From NCBI RefSeq assembly GCF_009914755.1, contig NC_060943.1: a DNA stretch of 64,000 nt; one strand, given 5' to 3'. The translations under genes were made by a program, and so were the position numbers. This document shows positions 36,026 through 49,010 of the stretch, piece after piece; within the stretch, counting starts at the first letter, position 1; each line of letters opens with the position of its first letter. Below the pieces are notes generated by a model. It was not told where the DNA came from, ran no database searches, and saw only the letters and a list, made by a program, of their open reading frames with translations. This DNA comes from the human T2T-CHM13v2.0 reference genome, Homo sapiens.

Positions 36026-37984
36026 TAAATGCTGTGCCTGGCACACACAGCTGCTCAGAAGTGATATTCACATCAATGATGAGGGCCCCCTTCATTGTTC
36101 TCACTCCCTCATTCATCCACAGGCCATCTTCGGGGCATCTGTGGCTTGTTTAGTAACTTAGTAACTTACACTAGGAGTTGAGAATGAAGAGTCATGGGGA
36201 AAAGTAACAATCAATAAATCTACTTTTTTTCCTACAAATCCTTCCAAATTAAGAGGTATATTCATGCTTCCTGGAGCCAGGAGTGCAATGATTTTCCTCC
36301 TCCCTCCCCCAGATGAAGGGCCCCTCCTCAGTGGAGACGTTAGCCTCATTACCAGCCCAGACTCCACTTAAGGGTTTGCAGTTGGCAGGGGTTCACCCCC
36401 CTTGACAGCGAGGCATTGTGCTGATTGGGGAATGAAAACAGAATGTCAGAGACCTGCCGTGCTTTCCTTTTTGATCAAGTCTGTGCAGCAGAAATGAGAG
36501 AGCATCCGGCATCAGCATCCAGACTCAGCGCGCTCATCCCACCGCCCTGCAGTGCACCTAATGAATCTCATTTACTGGCAAAGACAATGAAGTCGCCCAC
36601 ATGGCACCTGCCGGTCTCATAATGAATGTCCTCCCCCAGCCGTTGGGAGTGAGCCATCTGGGAGCGGGGCGCCATAATTGGGCCAGCACTTGCATGAGAA
36701 CAGCCTCCAGTGGGGAATGTTGTAAGACACTTGTCCCAGAGATGTCGTAAGAGGGCAGGAAGGAGCTGTTTTCAAGGGAAGTTAATGGTCCTTAGCAGAG
36801 GGATGTGAAGGGATCATCTCCCTAAGCAAAGCCCCGGCACAGCTCTGCCTATTGTGAGAGGTACAGCAGCACTGGCTTGGGACAAACTGTCCCCATGGCC
36901 TCCTGGGAATAGAGCTGCTTTCCTGGGGAGGCCCACGGCCATGTGGCAGAAGGCAGCAGGTGTCTCCCACCACCATCCACAGAGGCCTGGAATTGCGATG
37001 TGAAGTGAGCCATCTCTTTGCAAGGGAATCTTTGGAGGGGCAACATCTTTGCTTGGCTTAGCGTGGATGATGCTGGCCTGGGAGTTGGAAGACCTGATGG
37101 GATGCTAGTTCAGCCCTTATCTGGGAGGTGGGCTTGGGTGAGCTCTCCCTCCTCCTAGGGTTTTTCAGGGTGTGCACCCACAGAGAGAAATAAAGCATGG
37201 GGCACATCTGTTGTATCTAAAACCAACCTAATGCAATGGCTTACATGAAAGAAAAGGCGAGTGGGATGGGGCGTGGGATCTGTTAGCAAACAACACTAAA
37301 ATATCCGGGAGTACATTCTGGCATGGCAGTGGTCTAGGGACTCTGATAATGCCATTGGGGTTTCATTTGGCTCTGTGTCTCAGTTCTATGCTCCCCTGTT
37401 GGACTTCTTCCCTGGTTGGCTCTTCCTCCCTGGTAGAAGGGATGTGCAGGTTCTGGTCTTACACATGGAAAGGGACACTCTCCTTCACTTGAGCCCAAGG
37501 CTTGCCTGGACCCCATGGGAAATATATAACCATCCTCCAATCACTCACTGCATCTAGGGGAACTTGGCATCCCGGTATCTAGGCTGGGTTTAAGGCAAGG
37601 AGAGAAACCAGCCCCTCCCAGCTGCCTGGATGGAGAATGAAGGAGGGATGACTCCAGAAGAAAAGTCACCGAAAGGGGGAGTGGGTGTGGAGCAGGGGGA
37701 GGTGGGAGGCCTTCTGCTGGGCTTGAAGCAGAAGCTGCTTCAGAGAATGCACAAAGGGGCAGGGTGGAGGCTGAGGGCATTTCAGACCCGCTCCACCACC
37801 TTCCATTTGGACATTGGATAGCCTTTTTCCAAAGTCACTTCTGATCTTTCTGCAATCACCCATCACCGAGCTGCCAAGCCACAAGCTTCCTTATGGTAGA
37901 ACTGATTGGCTGAATGTGCTTATCTCAGCTGAAATGTGTGGAAGGGAACCTTACTCTCCAATCAACTGTATCTCTCTTGGTTCG

Positions 37985-38500
37985 GCAAACATGGGTACTG
38001 TGCCACTACGTTCTAAGCAAGGGGCAGAGGAGACAAAGCTCTGTGGCTTTTAGGAGATGGAGTCACGAAGACATAAAAGAGAGTTTTTTACTTCAGAGGG
38101 CCTAGGACTGGGAGAGGGGAGTGGAGAACAGGGATGTTCCTGGAGAGAGGGGGCATGATTTATTCTGGTGAAATTGAGACACGGATGGGAAGCAGACAGG
38201 TGAGATGCAACTCTAGCTGGAAAAATGAGGCATTTTGTAAAAGATTGCCAGCTGCAGAGCCTAGACTTGATCCTGTAGGCATAGGGAGTCCTTGAAGGTT
38301 GTAGAGTGAGAGAAGGGCTTGATCACAACTCTGCTTTAAGAATGTGAGTTTGACAGTGACTTATAGGATGAAGTTTTGTGTGCTTGTGTGTTTTGTGGAG
38401 TGGGGATGGAGGGCACAGGAGAAAGAATTGAGAAGCAAAAAATGCTGTTTGGAAGCTGTTTCAATACCCAGGAGAAATAACGTCTGTTTTAGAGCATTTG
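37985..38500 (-). mobile_element. L2 remnant
   Basis: gacttgatcctgtaggcatagggagtccttgaaggtt...gatcacaactctgctttaagaa. Confidence 0.55.
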
Positions 38501-38564
38501 GGGCATTAGAGGAGGGGAAGGAAAACAAGCATCTTTAATATGACCTCAGCATTCCAAAAATGCG

Positions 38565-38715
38565 TTCATATCCATCCTTATCCCTAGGATACAAACGTGC
38601 TGGGAGGTAAGCAGAATGAGTAGCAGAAATTCCATTTTACAGATGAAAATTGAAATCAAAAGGGCAAGAGTTACACCCATCAGCAAGGGACAGAACTGAA
38701 GCAAAACCAGGGCCA
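38565..38715 (-). mobile_element. MIR SINE
   Basis: ccattttacagatgaaaattgaaatcaaaagggcaag. Confidence 0.7.
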
Positions 38716-38829
38716 CCAACCTCCCACCACCCCCTGAGCCTCTGTGCAGGGGCACCTGAACCCTGATAGATCACTGCTGTTCCCACCTCAGGCAGGTGAC
38801 GGGAGCCCACCTCGACACTCCTAACAGCT

Positions 38830-39150
38830 ACCAAATAAAGCAATCTGTGCTGCTAATACTAATATAAGGTATTGATTATCTTACTGCAGGAGTCCTGAGA
38901 TGGTCAGCTCTGGCTGCCGAGGCTGGCGGCAGCAGCTACTAAATTGTGTTTATGGGAAGCTTTTTACCTGAAGGGGTCATAATTCACTCTCGATCAATAA
39001 CCGATCAATCCACCTGCTTTGCACATTGCAAATCCTCCAGATCCGTCCGCAGAGAGAAAGAGAGAGGAAGACAATCTGTTTATTGGAAAAAGATGGCAGA
39101 ATTACAGGCTAATGCAGCCACTTAGGCTGGTGATTACATAAGCTTTAATT
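38830..39150. promoter_or_regulatory. Candidate distal enhancer / conserved non-coding element
   Basis: Repeat-free block with retained CpGs and clustered ATCAAT (CUT/ONECUT-type) and TTTATGG/TTTATTG (CDX/posterior HOX-type) motifs; motif evidence only. Confidence 0.4.
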
Positions 39151-39254
39151 TTTTTTTTAATTTAAGTGAAGTATTTTGAGTGATATGCTGAGTCCACTGA
39201 ATTTAAAAAAGAAGGATCTTGGTTGGTCTGAAAGGATCAGATAAGAAGGATCTG

Positions 39255-39410
39255 GTATTCATTGAGCACCTACGATGTCCCTTGCCCTGTACAGAACTCT
39301 CTCATTTATCCTAACAGCCAGCAAAGGAGGTATTATTCCCACTTCCACTGGGAAACCTGGGACTCAGCGATGGGAAATGACTAGCTCAAGGTTAGTGATT
39401 GAGCTGAAAA
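39255..39410 (-). mobile_element. MIR SINE
   Basis: attcattgagcacctac...ctcatttatcctaacagc...tattattcccacttcc...gggaaacctgggactcag. Confidence 0.7.
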
Positions 39411-41449
39411 TCAAAAACATCGTCTCCCAACAGGGAAATAAGTTAAGTCAAGGGCAGCTGAACTTGAAGAGCCTGAGTCCCATTTCGGGGCTGGGATAAG
39501 GTGGAGTTATGGCAGGAACTGCAGAGGGATGGTTGGGAGAGGGAGGGGCCTGGGAGGCTTGCCTGGGCCCCTACTGCCAGCACACATCCCCCCACTATTT
39601 GCTGGTGGAGTTGCAGTCCTCAGACGTGCAGGATGCATTAGAGAGCCATCCAGGGCCACCAGATTCCCTCTAGCTGCTGCTCTGCTCTCCAGCCCCCGGT
39701 GGCCTCCCAGGGCCCAGAGGAGGAGGCCATTGAGAACCTCAAGCTGCTTCCCCACTCTCTAGGAAACTCCCTGCACAAACCCACCTGACTCAACCCAGCC
39801 AGATCCCTCCCCAGCAGCCCTTCCCTGGTCTCTAAGCCTGAGCCCTCTGAAAATGCTTTCTCCCTCCTCCTGCCAATGACCAAGGTCCCCAACTCCAAGC
39901 AATTTTCAGAGCGACCCACTTGGGGAGTGTCTGCACTCCAAGTTCCTCCTTCCTCTGAGCTCTAGTCCCTGCTCTCTTGGGTCCCTCCTGGCAGGGTGGA
40001 GAGGAGGAGGCTGGGTTGGGGCCACTCGGCTCCAAGGGGGCCTGCATCCTTGTCCCTGCGGCTCCTATATGCAGGCCCAACAAGCTCCTGGAGTCCAGCA
40101 GCCATAGATCTAAAGGCACATCAGCCTCTGGTTCATTCTCTTTCAAACTAGTTCAGATGTGGAGTTCTCCCCCGATGTGGCTCTGTCTCCCTTCTTACTG
40201 CAGTCACCATGGGCAGAACAGAACTTGAGTCCTCAGAGACACCATGATGAGGTTGAGGACCGAACCTACGATCTTGTAACACGAGGAGTTTCACTCACTA
40301 TGATGGGGTCTTGCATCTCAGCTAGTGCCCCACTCGGAAGAACAGCATCCTGATAGGCCTTAGGCGGTGCACTGGCACCAGGGCTCAGGGACCTCACCAT
40401 GGTCAGAATCAGATGAAGGAAAACAGTTTTCCGTTAACAACTCATTCTTCCTGCTTTTTTTGCTGATTTGTTGAAAATTATTTTCCCCCTACCGTTTCAC
40501 AGCTAATTCATTGTCCCTATTGAGGCCACTACCCTGATTTTGGAGACTGTGACTAGAGGCAACCGTTCAGCCTTCCTGGAAAATGTCTCTGTTTGGGTCT
40601 CTCTGTAATAAGGAATTGCACGTGGCATTGATCATCAAGAACTCCCACAGCATTGGCTCAATTAGCAAACAGTTAAATGTGGCAGATTGCATCCAGATAG
40701 CCTCCCTCGGAGTGACAGATGTCTGCAGTCAACATAGGGAATAACTCCCAGAGATTGGCTGAGGCCAGGCCCAACCCCTCCCTGGTGGTCAGAGCAAACT
40801 CCAGTGGCCTCAGGCCCCACACTTCTGCACAGGGAGGGGCCAGCTGTTCAGTTTCTCCCCTGGAGCCCCTTACCTCCCCAGGGAGAGTCTTGGGGATCAG
40901 CAAACCTGGACTATTTGCCCTGAATAGTCCCAGTCCCCTTGGAGGGAACCCTTCTCTGCAGAAGGCAAGGGCTGAGTGTGCCCCCAGATGTCAGCCCAGT
41001 GGTCTTTGTCTCGGCTGTGCCTACCTTCCTGTGACAGCTGTAGAGACAGCTGTAAGGTGACACCATCAATGCTTTTCTGGTTAATTAACTAAATACGCAT
41101 TGCCTAGGGCCTCAGTGTGAGTAAGTTTCAGGATGAAAAGTGCCAATTTTCCTGCATGTATGTGTCCAAACTATTTTCCTTAGCAGTTCTTACTCCCTTT
41201 TTCTCATCCGTTAAGTCAAGTAGATGTGTAGCTCAGCTGAAAGGCTCAGAATGACAGGCACATGGAACCACTAATTTAGATAAATGATGCTGTTCCTGCT
41301 TCCTGGAGACACACCTCTCAGCACATTCCAGGGCCTGAGGAACTCAGAGGGGGCCAGCGGGAGGGTGTTACGGCTGTTTCTTGTGTAGGAATTAATTAAG
41401 TGTTTTTATCGGCTACATATTCCCCCTGAGCCTGTTTTATTCTAGATGA

Positions 41450-41764
41450 TGTTATGATCTTAATGCTTACGTCTCTCCAAAATTCCCACATTGAAGTCTA
41501 CTCCCCAGTGTGTTGGTATGAAGAGATGGGGCCTTTGGCAGGTGACGAGGGCATGAGGGAAAAGGAGGCCCGTCTGTCCCTCCCACTGCACAAGGACATC
41601 TAGATGGTACCAATGGTAGAAATGGGTCCTTGCCAGACACCAGATCTGCCTGTGCCTTGATCTTGGACTTTCCAGCCTCCAGAGCTGTGAGAAATAGGTT
41701 CCTGTTCTTTCTGAATCACTCAGTCTAAGGTATTTTGTTATTGCAACCCAAACGCACTAAGACA
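41450..41764 (+). mobile_element. MaLR solo LTR (MSTD/MLT1A-like)
   Basis: tgttatg...ctaagaca termini; gccttgatcttggactttccagcctccagagctgtgagaaata; TSD gatga/gatgt. Confidence 0.85.
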
Positions 41765-42563
41765 GATGTTGAGAGGGCCTGTTTTACAGGAAGAGTCCAC
41801 GTGGCCTAACGGCTTCCTCCAAGAGAAATGTGGTGGTCAACTGCTTGCCCCCACCTCTCCTCTGGGTTCTGAGCCTTGCCTCATGAGGCTGGCCTCCAAG
41901 GACTCCATCCCCAGGGCCCTTGTGCTGGCTGGCCTCGACTTCTTCAGAGGTCTAAAGGCTGAAGGCCCCAGTGGTGGCCAAAGGCAGGAAGGCTATGGTC
42001 ATGAAAGCCACCTGTGTGGATGAGAAGGCATTATGTCCAGGCTCCCATGGCTCAGATGGGGACACCAGGTCCTGAGAAAGAAAAGGAGTCCCAACAGTGG
42101 TCGGAAGGAAGATGGCAATGAGGACTAAGATGGCCACACCTCGGAAGGAAGATCATCCTGGCCTCTCTCTCTAGTGCCCCTTCAGCAGCTCCTCCCCAAG
42201 GAGTCGTGATGTCCTGGAGAGTCAGCACATTGGAAGGTTTTCTGTTTTAATTTCCCTCCCACTCAAACTATGATTTTCCGCATATCTGGAGCAAGGGAGG
42301 CCCAAGCCCGGGTTCTCTTGGGCAGCAGATGTGGGAAATGCTGAGTACAGGAGCTCAGACGTCCTCCTAGGGTCAAAAATTACATACTGGGGAGAACTTG
42401 CCCAGCTTGGAAGAAGCAGAAAATATCAGCAAGAACAGAGAGGATAACTTTTTAAGAGTAAAAATTAAGTGTATTTATGTCCTACACATTCCCCAGAGCC
42501 TATTTAACATTCAGATACTTAGAAGATCTACCTGGATTTTGTGCAACTCTCCTTTTAGCTTTG

Positions 42564-42862
42564 CTGTTTTTGTTTTGTTTTGAGACTGACTCTCGCTCTG
42601 TTGCCCAGGCTGGAGTGCAGTGGTGAGATCTCAGCTCACTGCAACCTCTGCCCCCAGGTTCAAGTGATTCTCCTGCCTCAGCCTCCCGAGTAGCTGGGAT
42701 TATGGGTGCCTGCCACCACACTCAGCTAACTTGTGTATTTTTAGTAGAGACGGGGTTTCACCATCTTGGCCAGGCTGGTCTCCAACTCCTAACTTCAGGT
42801 GATCTGCCCTCCTCGGCCTCCCAAAGTGCTGGGATTATAGGCGTGAACCACCATGCCCCACC
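42564..42862 (-). mobile_element. AluSx SINE
   Basis: Full dimer; TSD tagctttg at 42556-42563 and 42863-42870. Confidence 0.95.
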
Positions 42863-43884
42863 TAGCTTTGTAATTAAATGTAAAAACAAATAAACAAACA
42901 AGCCCCTCCAAGCTGCTGTATAAAAAGCCCTCTTAAAAACCATCCCTTGTAGGGTCTCTCTAAACACAGACACCAGGACACATGAAGGCTCCCAACCTGT
43001 AACCAGCAGAGAGGCTTTCAGAGATGAAGATGAATGCTGCAAATCCAGCCACAGGTCATGCAAGGGAATCCGGACTGCACAGGGAAGGGGTACTGTGTTC
43101 ATGTTGGGGGCTCTCAGGATGTGGCTGCTGGTCAGGAGAGGGCTGACAAACAGTAGTTTGTACTTCATGCATCTGCAGAAAACAGTTAAAGAGAAGGGAT
43201 ACTGGGCCTGGTTCAGCAACCGGTCCAGGCCGGTCAGCCTTGTACAAACTCCAGATCCAGTGCCCTGGAAAGTGACTGTGGGAGGCTCAGCGTGCTTCCA
43301 AGATTGGGCTAAGAGATGCCAGCCCTTCCTCAGAAGGCCGAGTGGGATTGCAGCAAGGGTTCTCTTCAGCCAAGGGGAAATAACTCTTGCTTCAAGAATC
43401 CAGACAAGCACATCACAAAAGCCCAACTGTGGGCTCAGAGAACCAGGTCTCTGCATCTAACCTGACATGTGACCCTAAGCAAGCAACGGTCCTGCGTAGA
43501 CCCTTATTTCATCCACCTGTGAGTGCAGAGGAATAACACACAACCCTCACTGCATCTTGAATCCCATCTGCACCCTGGAATCCCAAGCCCTAGCCCACCC
43601 TCCCATGAGTGTCTCAACCTGGAATTCCTCATTAGAGCATCTGGCTGCCAGCTCTAAAGGACATCTGTGTAGAGACCTCTGAGTTAGGGAACCCCCCGCC
43701 CGATTTTCCCAATGCTTCAGCACCATATCTTCTCTAGGAAATGCCCATCTATAGAAAATGAACGACAGGGGCAGCCCAAACAGGGTCCCTTGCCAGAGTT
43801 CCCAGCAGAAATCTGGCTTCCCTCCCTGCCCCCGCAGCTCACCCGAGATGACCCAACAACATGCTCAGCCTTACCCCATGCCAC

Positions 43885-44045
43885 CTCCTGCCACCTTTGC
43901 AAGCCCTGGAAGGAAGGCAGGATTGTTCTTGATTTATGTACAAAGAAACTGAAAGATAGAGAAGTTAAATATTTTGCCTCAGGTTCTGCAAAGGGAGAGA
44001 AGAAACTGGGAGTCGACCGAGGACCATCAGGCTCCAAGCTACACA
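43885..44045 (-). mobile_element. MIR SINE
   Basis: caagccctggaaggaaggcagg...aaagaaactgaaagatagagaagttaaatattttgcctcagg. Confidence 0.6.
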
Positions 44046-44074
44046 CACCCAGCTTCCAGTCACCAGGTGTATAT

Positions 44075-44247
<173 letters not shown>

Positions 44248-46649
44248 TGAAGATGGAGGGATGGACGAATGTCAGAAGGAGCCCCTGTCTCTAGGGAGCT
44301 GACAGCCTAGATGAGCAGACGACATGCAAAACCTTTTAAGAGGCAGGGAGAGCAGCTGGTGGGAGTCCTTGACTTCCCATATGGGCACAAACATTCCAAA
44401 GAGGTCCCTGCCATGGTGAAAAGGCATGGCGCCCACCACCAGCAATCCAGCCCCTCGCCCTGCCTTTCAGATGTGCATTGGTCACAGAAGCTTTACTCCC
44501 AAGGCTTTCAGAGGACAGAAGGCTAGACTCCAGCATGAGTTGGGCATCATTCCCAAAAGAAAACTGCAGTCAACCTAAGGGGCTTATTTACAGACAACAC
44601 TCAAAGCCATGACACTTTACTTGAGGCCTGAATTTGCTTCCTCGTGTGAAGAAAGTGACCCCTATTTCAGCCCATGCAAACTCATTTCTTTCTGATGCAC
44701 TTTGAAGATTTGGCTCTATGGAAAAGTGCTTGGTGAGGGGACAGAGGTGAGGGTGAACAAGGAGATCTCATCTGAACTTGTTCCCCAGGTCCGCATCACA
44801 GCGGCTTGATTCTGGCTCCTTGAAATCCTGTCCACACACAACAAGATAAATCAGAGAATGGAATGAAATACAACCCCTGGAAATTTTCAAATAATGAAAA
44901 CCAAAGGTCGGCAGTAAGAATCTTTTCTACTGGGGTCAAAACTCAGTTCCTCTTCCCCCCTCTTCCTGCCCAATTTCACATAATTAGTCTCTACTACATT
45001 GTCTTTGGGGGTTCCAAGGACCGGACATTCCATCATAGACCTCAAATCATGAGCATTTTGCTTCCACGCAAGTTACAGTTTTATTGCCTTGGCTGGTTGT
45101 ATTGAAAATTAAGCAGTCATTTCAGGGGGCTTTCTAGAAATCAGTTACACCCATGTCTCAATGTTGAGAGAGACCAAAAGAGAAGAAACGGCACAAATGT
45201 CTATATGTGATGTCATCAGCACCCCCAGTGTGCCATCCCCATCCCACACACACATACACACACAGCTGTAGACTCACAGTTCTCTTTTTATTGTAAAGAT
45301 GATTTCCCTGAAGTATTTTTAAGCTGGAAAGATTTTCTACAAGCTGGTGAAAAATCGCTCACTGCAGGAGATCCTATGCATTGGCAGAAATCCAGCAACC
45401 CCATGTATTGGTAACTGGCTTGGTAATGAGTCTCTTCCATGTAAATTGGCTCATTATTATCAATTTTTGTCAGCTCTTGAGTGAGTCTTGATCTGCTCCC
45501 CCGTCTCGGCCCAGGTGTCAGCATGAGGCGAACAGGAGTGTCCAGATCTGCTTTCCATGCCAGGCACCTAAGACCTCACATCTCAGGGAGGACGGAGAGA
45601 GTGAGGATGACAGACTCCATGCCATTAGAGCTTTGAATTTAACGTCCAGAACAGAGAGATGTTAAGGAGACTTGCAATGAGGTGTTATAAAAACCAAGTT
45701 TGACTGAAAGAGCTGGCAGGCGATGCAGATGAACACTTTGTCCTGTGATTCATTGCTATCAGGAGAACTAAATTTGTACAGCCCAGAGGAGAGATGACTA
45801 ATGGGAGGCATAATAATTGTCGATTTATACCTGCGAAGAATTAATCAAGAGGCCCAGAGGAGAGAGTGTTCGGCGGCCACTCCAGGTGCAAGTGCTGGGG
45901 GTGGGCAGAGCCAGGAGGAGCCAGAGAAATTAGGCTAAATAGCAGGAATGACTGTAATAACACTGAGGTCCATTAGGCAGAGACATTGCATGGCCTCCAC
46001 CATGGGATGCTACGGGATTGCCATCAGACAGACCTGCACAAGGCAACTTGGGGAATAGATCTCTGCAATGATCGGTGGATTTGACAATGCGTCTGGAAGA
46101 TTTTAGGGTGAGATTTCCTCATCCCGGGGCCACTTCTCAGGGAACTGAAAAGCTGCCTTTGTTTTGTAGACAAAACTTCCTTCACTATTTCAATTAAATG
46201 TGTCTTAGAGCACGAACTGCAGAAAAATCCCTGTCCAGTGCAATGTGGGAGGCAGAGGGAGTTTGTCATCCTTAGAGTCCATGAATACCTACTAAACACC
46301 TACTGTGTGCCAGGTGGTGCAGGGGCAGCCTCCTAGCTGTGGGGAGCTTGTGTCCCAACCCAGGGAGGCAAAGACAGCAGGAGAGGCAGGCAGGCCCCCA
46401 GGAGAGTGATGCTAGCTCAGCCAGGCTGCAGATGATGCCCAAAGAGAACCAGGTCAACAGCCAACACCTCTATGCAGGTTTTTTCACAGATTGGGCCCTT
46501 CACAAGTCAGTCTCTTTTCCTATAAAGGACAGGCAATTACCCAAATGTGATTGGAGAATTTTGAAGGCTTAAGAGACCTCTCCCTCCTTCCCAGGCCTCC
46601 TCATGCTCTCAGCTTGATCACCCCGCACTGTTGGCTCATAAGCAAGTAG

Positions 46650-46970
<321 letters not shown>

Positions 46971-46982
46971 CTTAGTAAAGTT

Positions 46983-47243
46983 TTAAATTAGGATTGCCAA
47001 TGTTTAAAAAATGGGAGCTGCCATACAAATTCGGGTTTCTAACATGTTTGGCAAACTGAACTGATGATGCCAGAACTGCGTCCTCCACGGGCAGCATCAG
47101 CCATGGCCGGGAACGTGCTGCACTTTAAGCTCTTTCATTTGCTGCAGTCCCCATTGCTCCTGTTTGTGTTACAGCTGGCCTGTCTCATTCTCTCATTTTC
47201 CTGGCTCAGCTTCTGTGGGAATTTCAGTTTGTTGCCACCCTGA
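46983..47243 (+). mobile_element. MER102-like hAT-Charlie element
   Basis: ttgccaatgtttaaaaaatgggag...gcagtccccattgctcc...ctgtgggaatttcagtttg...ccctg. Confidence 0.6.
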
Positions 47244-47599
47244 GCTAAATGACCAGAAATGCAAGGTGGCTGGCCTGTATTAACTTTAGAGTCTTGCAGA
47301 AAGGCTCCTAATCAGTTATAAAATTCAGTGCTTGAATTTGATGAACATCCTCAGCAGTCACTTGGAAAACATTTCTGTGTTTTGCAAAACTGCAAGCAAA
47401 TACACAATTACCCTGTATTCTTTCCTCTAGAGCCCACGCTCTGAATCCTTCCTTCTGCTCACTGGTAGCATGAAGCTTATAACTTTAGACAAGCTCGTTT
47501 GCTCCCTTTTATTTGCAAAGGAAATGTATAACCTCACTGAGCTTTTTTTTTTTTTTTTTTTTTGCCTTGGCTGCCAGGAGCCTCGTCTAGCAATGCTGA

Positions 47600-47990
<391 letters not shown>

Positions 47991-48278
47991 TGATTTTTTT
48001 ACCTGTATTTCTAACCAGTGAGTTTTACATGTTTTCTTTGTAATATTACAAGCTGCACTTGATGCTTTTTGAAAGAAACAAAAGGAACACCTGGAACAGC
48101 AATAAACTGCAGGAATGTCCCAGAAGAAAACTGGGATGGACCCTGCCCTGGAGCTGGGAGGCAATTAGAGGGCGGGCTGAGGCAGAATGATGATGCATGC
48201 AGCAATGTTGGCGGCTGCTCCCAGCCACAGCTGACACTGTCAGTGGAGGATGCAGTTCTGACATAGTTAGTTCAGTTT

Positions 48279-48331
48279 GCCTGGGTGACAGAGCAAGACC
48301 CCATCTCTAAAAAGCAAAACAAAACAAAAAA
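48279..48331 (+). mobile_element. Extreme 3' Alu fragment (about 30 nt plus tail)
   Basis: gcctgggtgacagagcaagaccccatctctaaaaagcaaaacaaaacaaaaaa. Confidence 0.8.
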
Positions 48332-48539
48332 CCCCGACATTAGTGAGCTGGAAATGTGCAGCGAGGCAGCTTGGAAGCAAAGCTCGGGATCGTGTGGAGA
48401 AACGTGTGTCCGATATTATTCCTCCGATGCACCAGCACCATGATTCCTACCACAGGCCTGCATGGTGGGGGTGCTGGAGTATGCAGGGAGGAGTCAGACA
48501 GGCCTCCAGCCTCCAGGGGTCCAGTAGAAGAAAAATAGC

Positions 48540-49010
48540 AGCTTATAGCTGCTGCTGGAATGCACCATGCATCCCTTGGCCCCCAGATTTCAGCCCAGCT
48601 GCAGCAGATGGGACCCTGTGTTTGCCAGGGTCCTGCCTCAAGCATGGACCGAGGCTTCCTCAATGCCACAAAACACTGCTCAGCCACACGCAGGCTCCCC
48701 CAGGATGTTTGGGGGAATCCACACCAGGGCAGCCTCAGTCACTGGGAAATAGAGCCTCGCCCTCCTGGGCCTCCGGTGGGAAGCTCCGGTGGGGAGCACA
48801 TTCTTCACGGCTCCACAGGAGGTCCTAGAAGGCTAAGGCCAGGGTGCCCACAGTGGCCACCTGCCGAGTAGCACACCCTTCATGGCTGCTCTCCCTCTCC
48901 TTCTCCCCGCCCCCATGTCCCCATTCCTGCCTCCTGGGATTGCCCCCGACATAGATGACCTGCAACCAGGTTCTTACTCCAGGATCTGCTTGTCGAGGTA
49001 CTCAAAGACA
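48540..49010 (+). mobile_element. ERVL LTR, LTR16 family
   Basis: 3' end cctgcctcctgggattgccccc...cctgcaaccagg...caggatctgctt...aaagaca. Confidence 0.6.

Noticed and set aside
39209-39253. aagaaggatct direct repeat 34 bp apart
   Set aside because: It is short, purine-rich and at a MIR edge, with nothing recognisable between the copies. A micro-duplication or chance match is sufficient.
42758-43456. 232-aa minus-strand ORF
   Set aside because: It ends inside an AluSx, has no recognisable domain, and there is no supporting promoter or splice structure.
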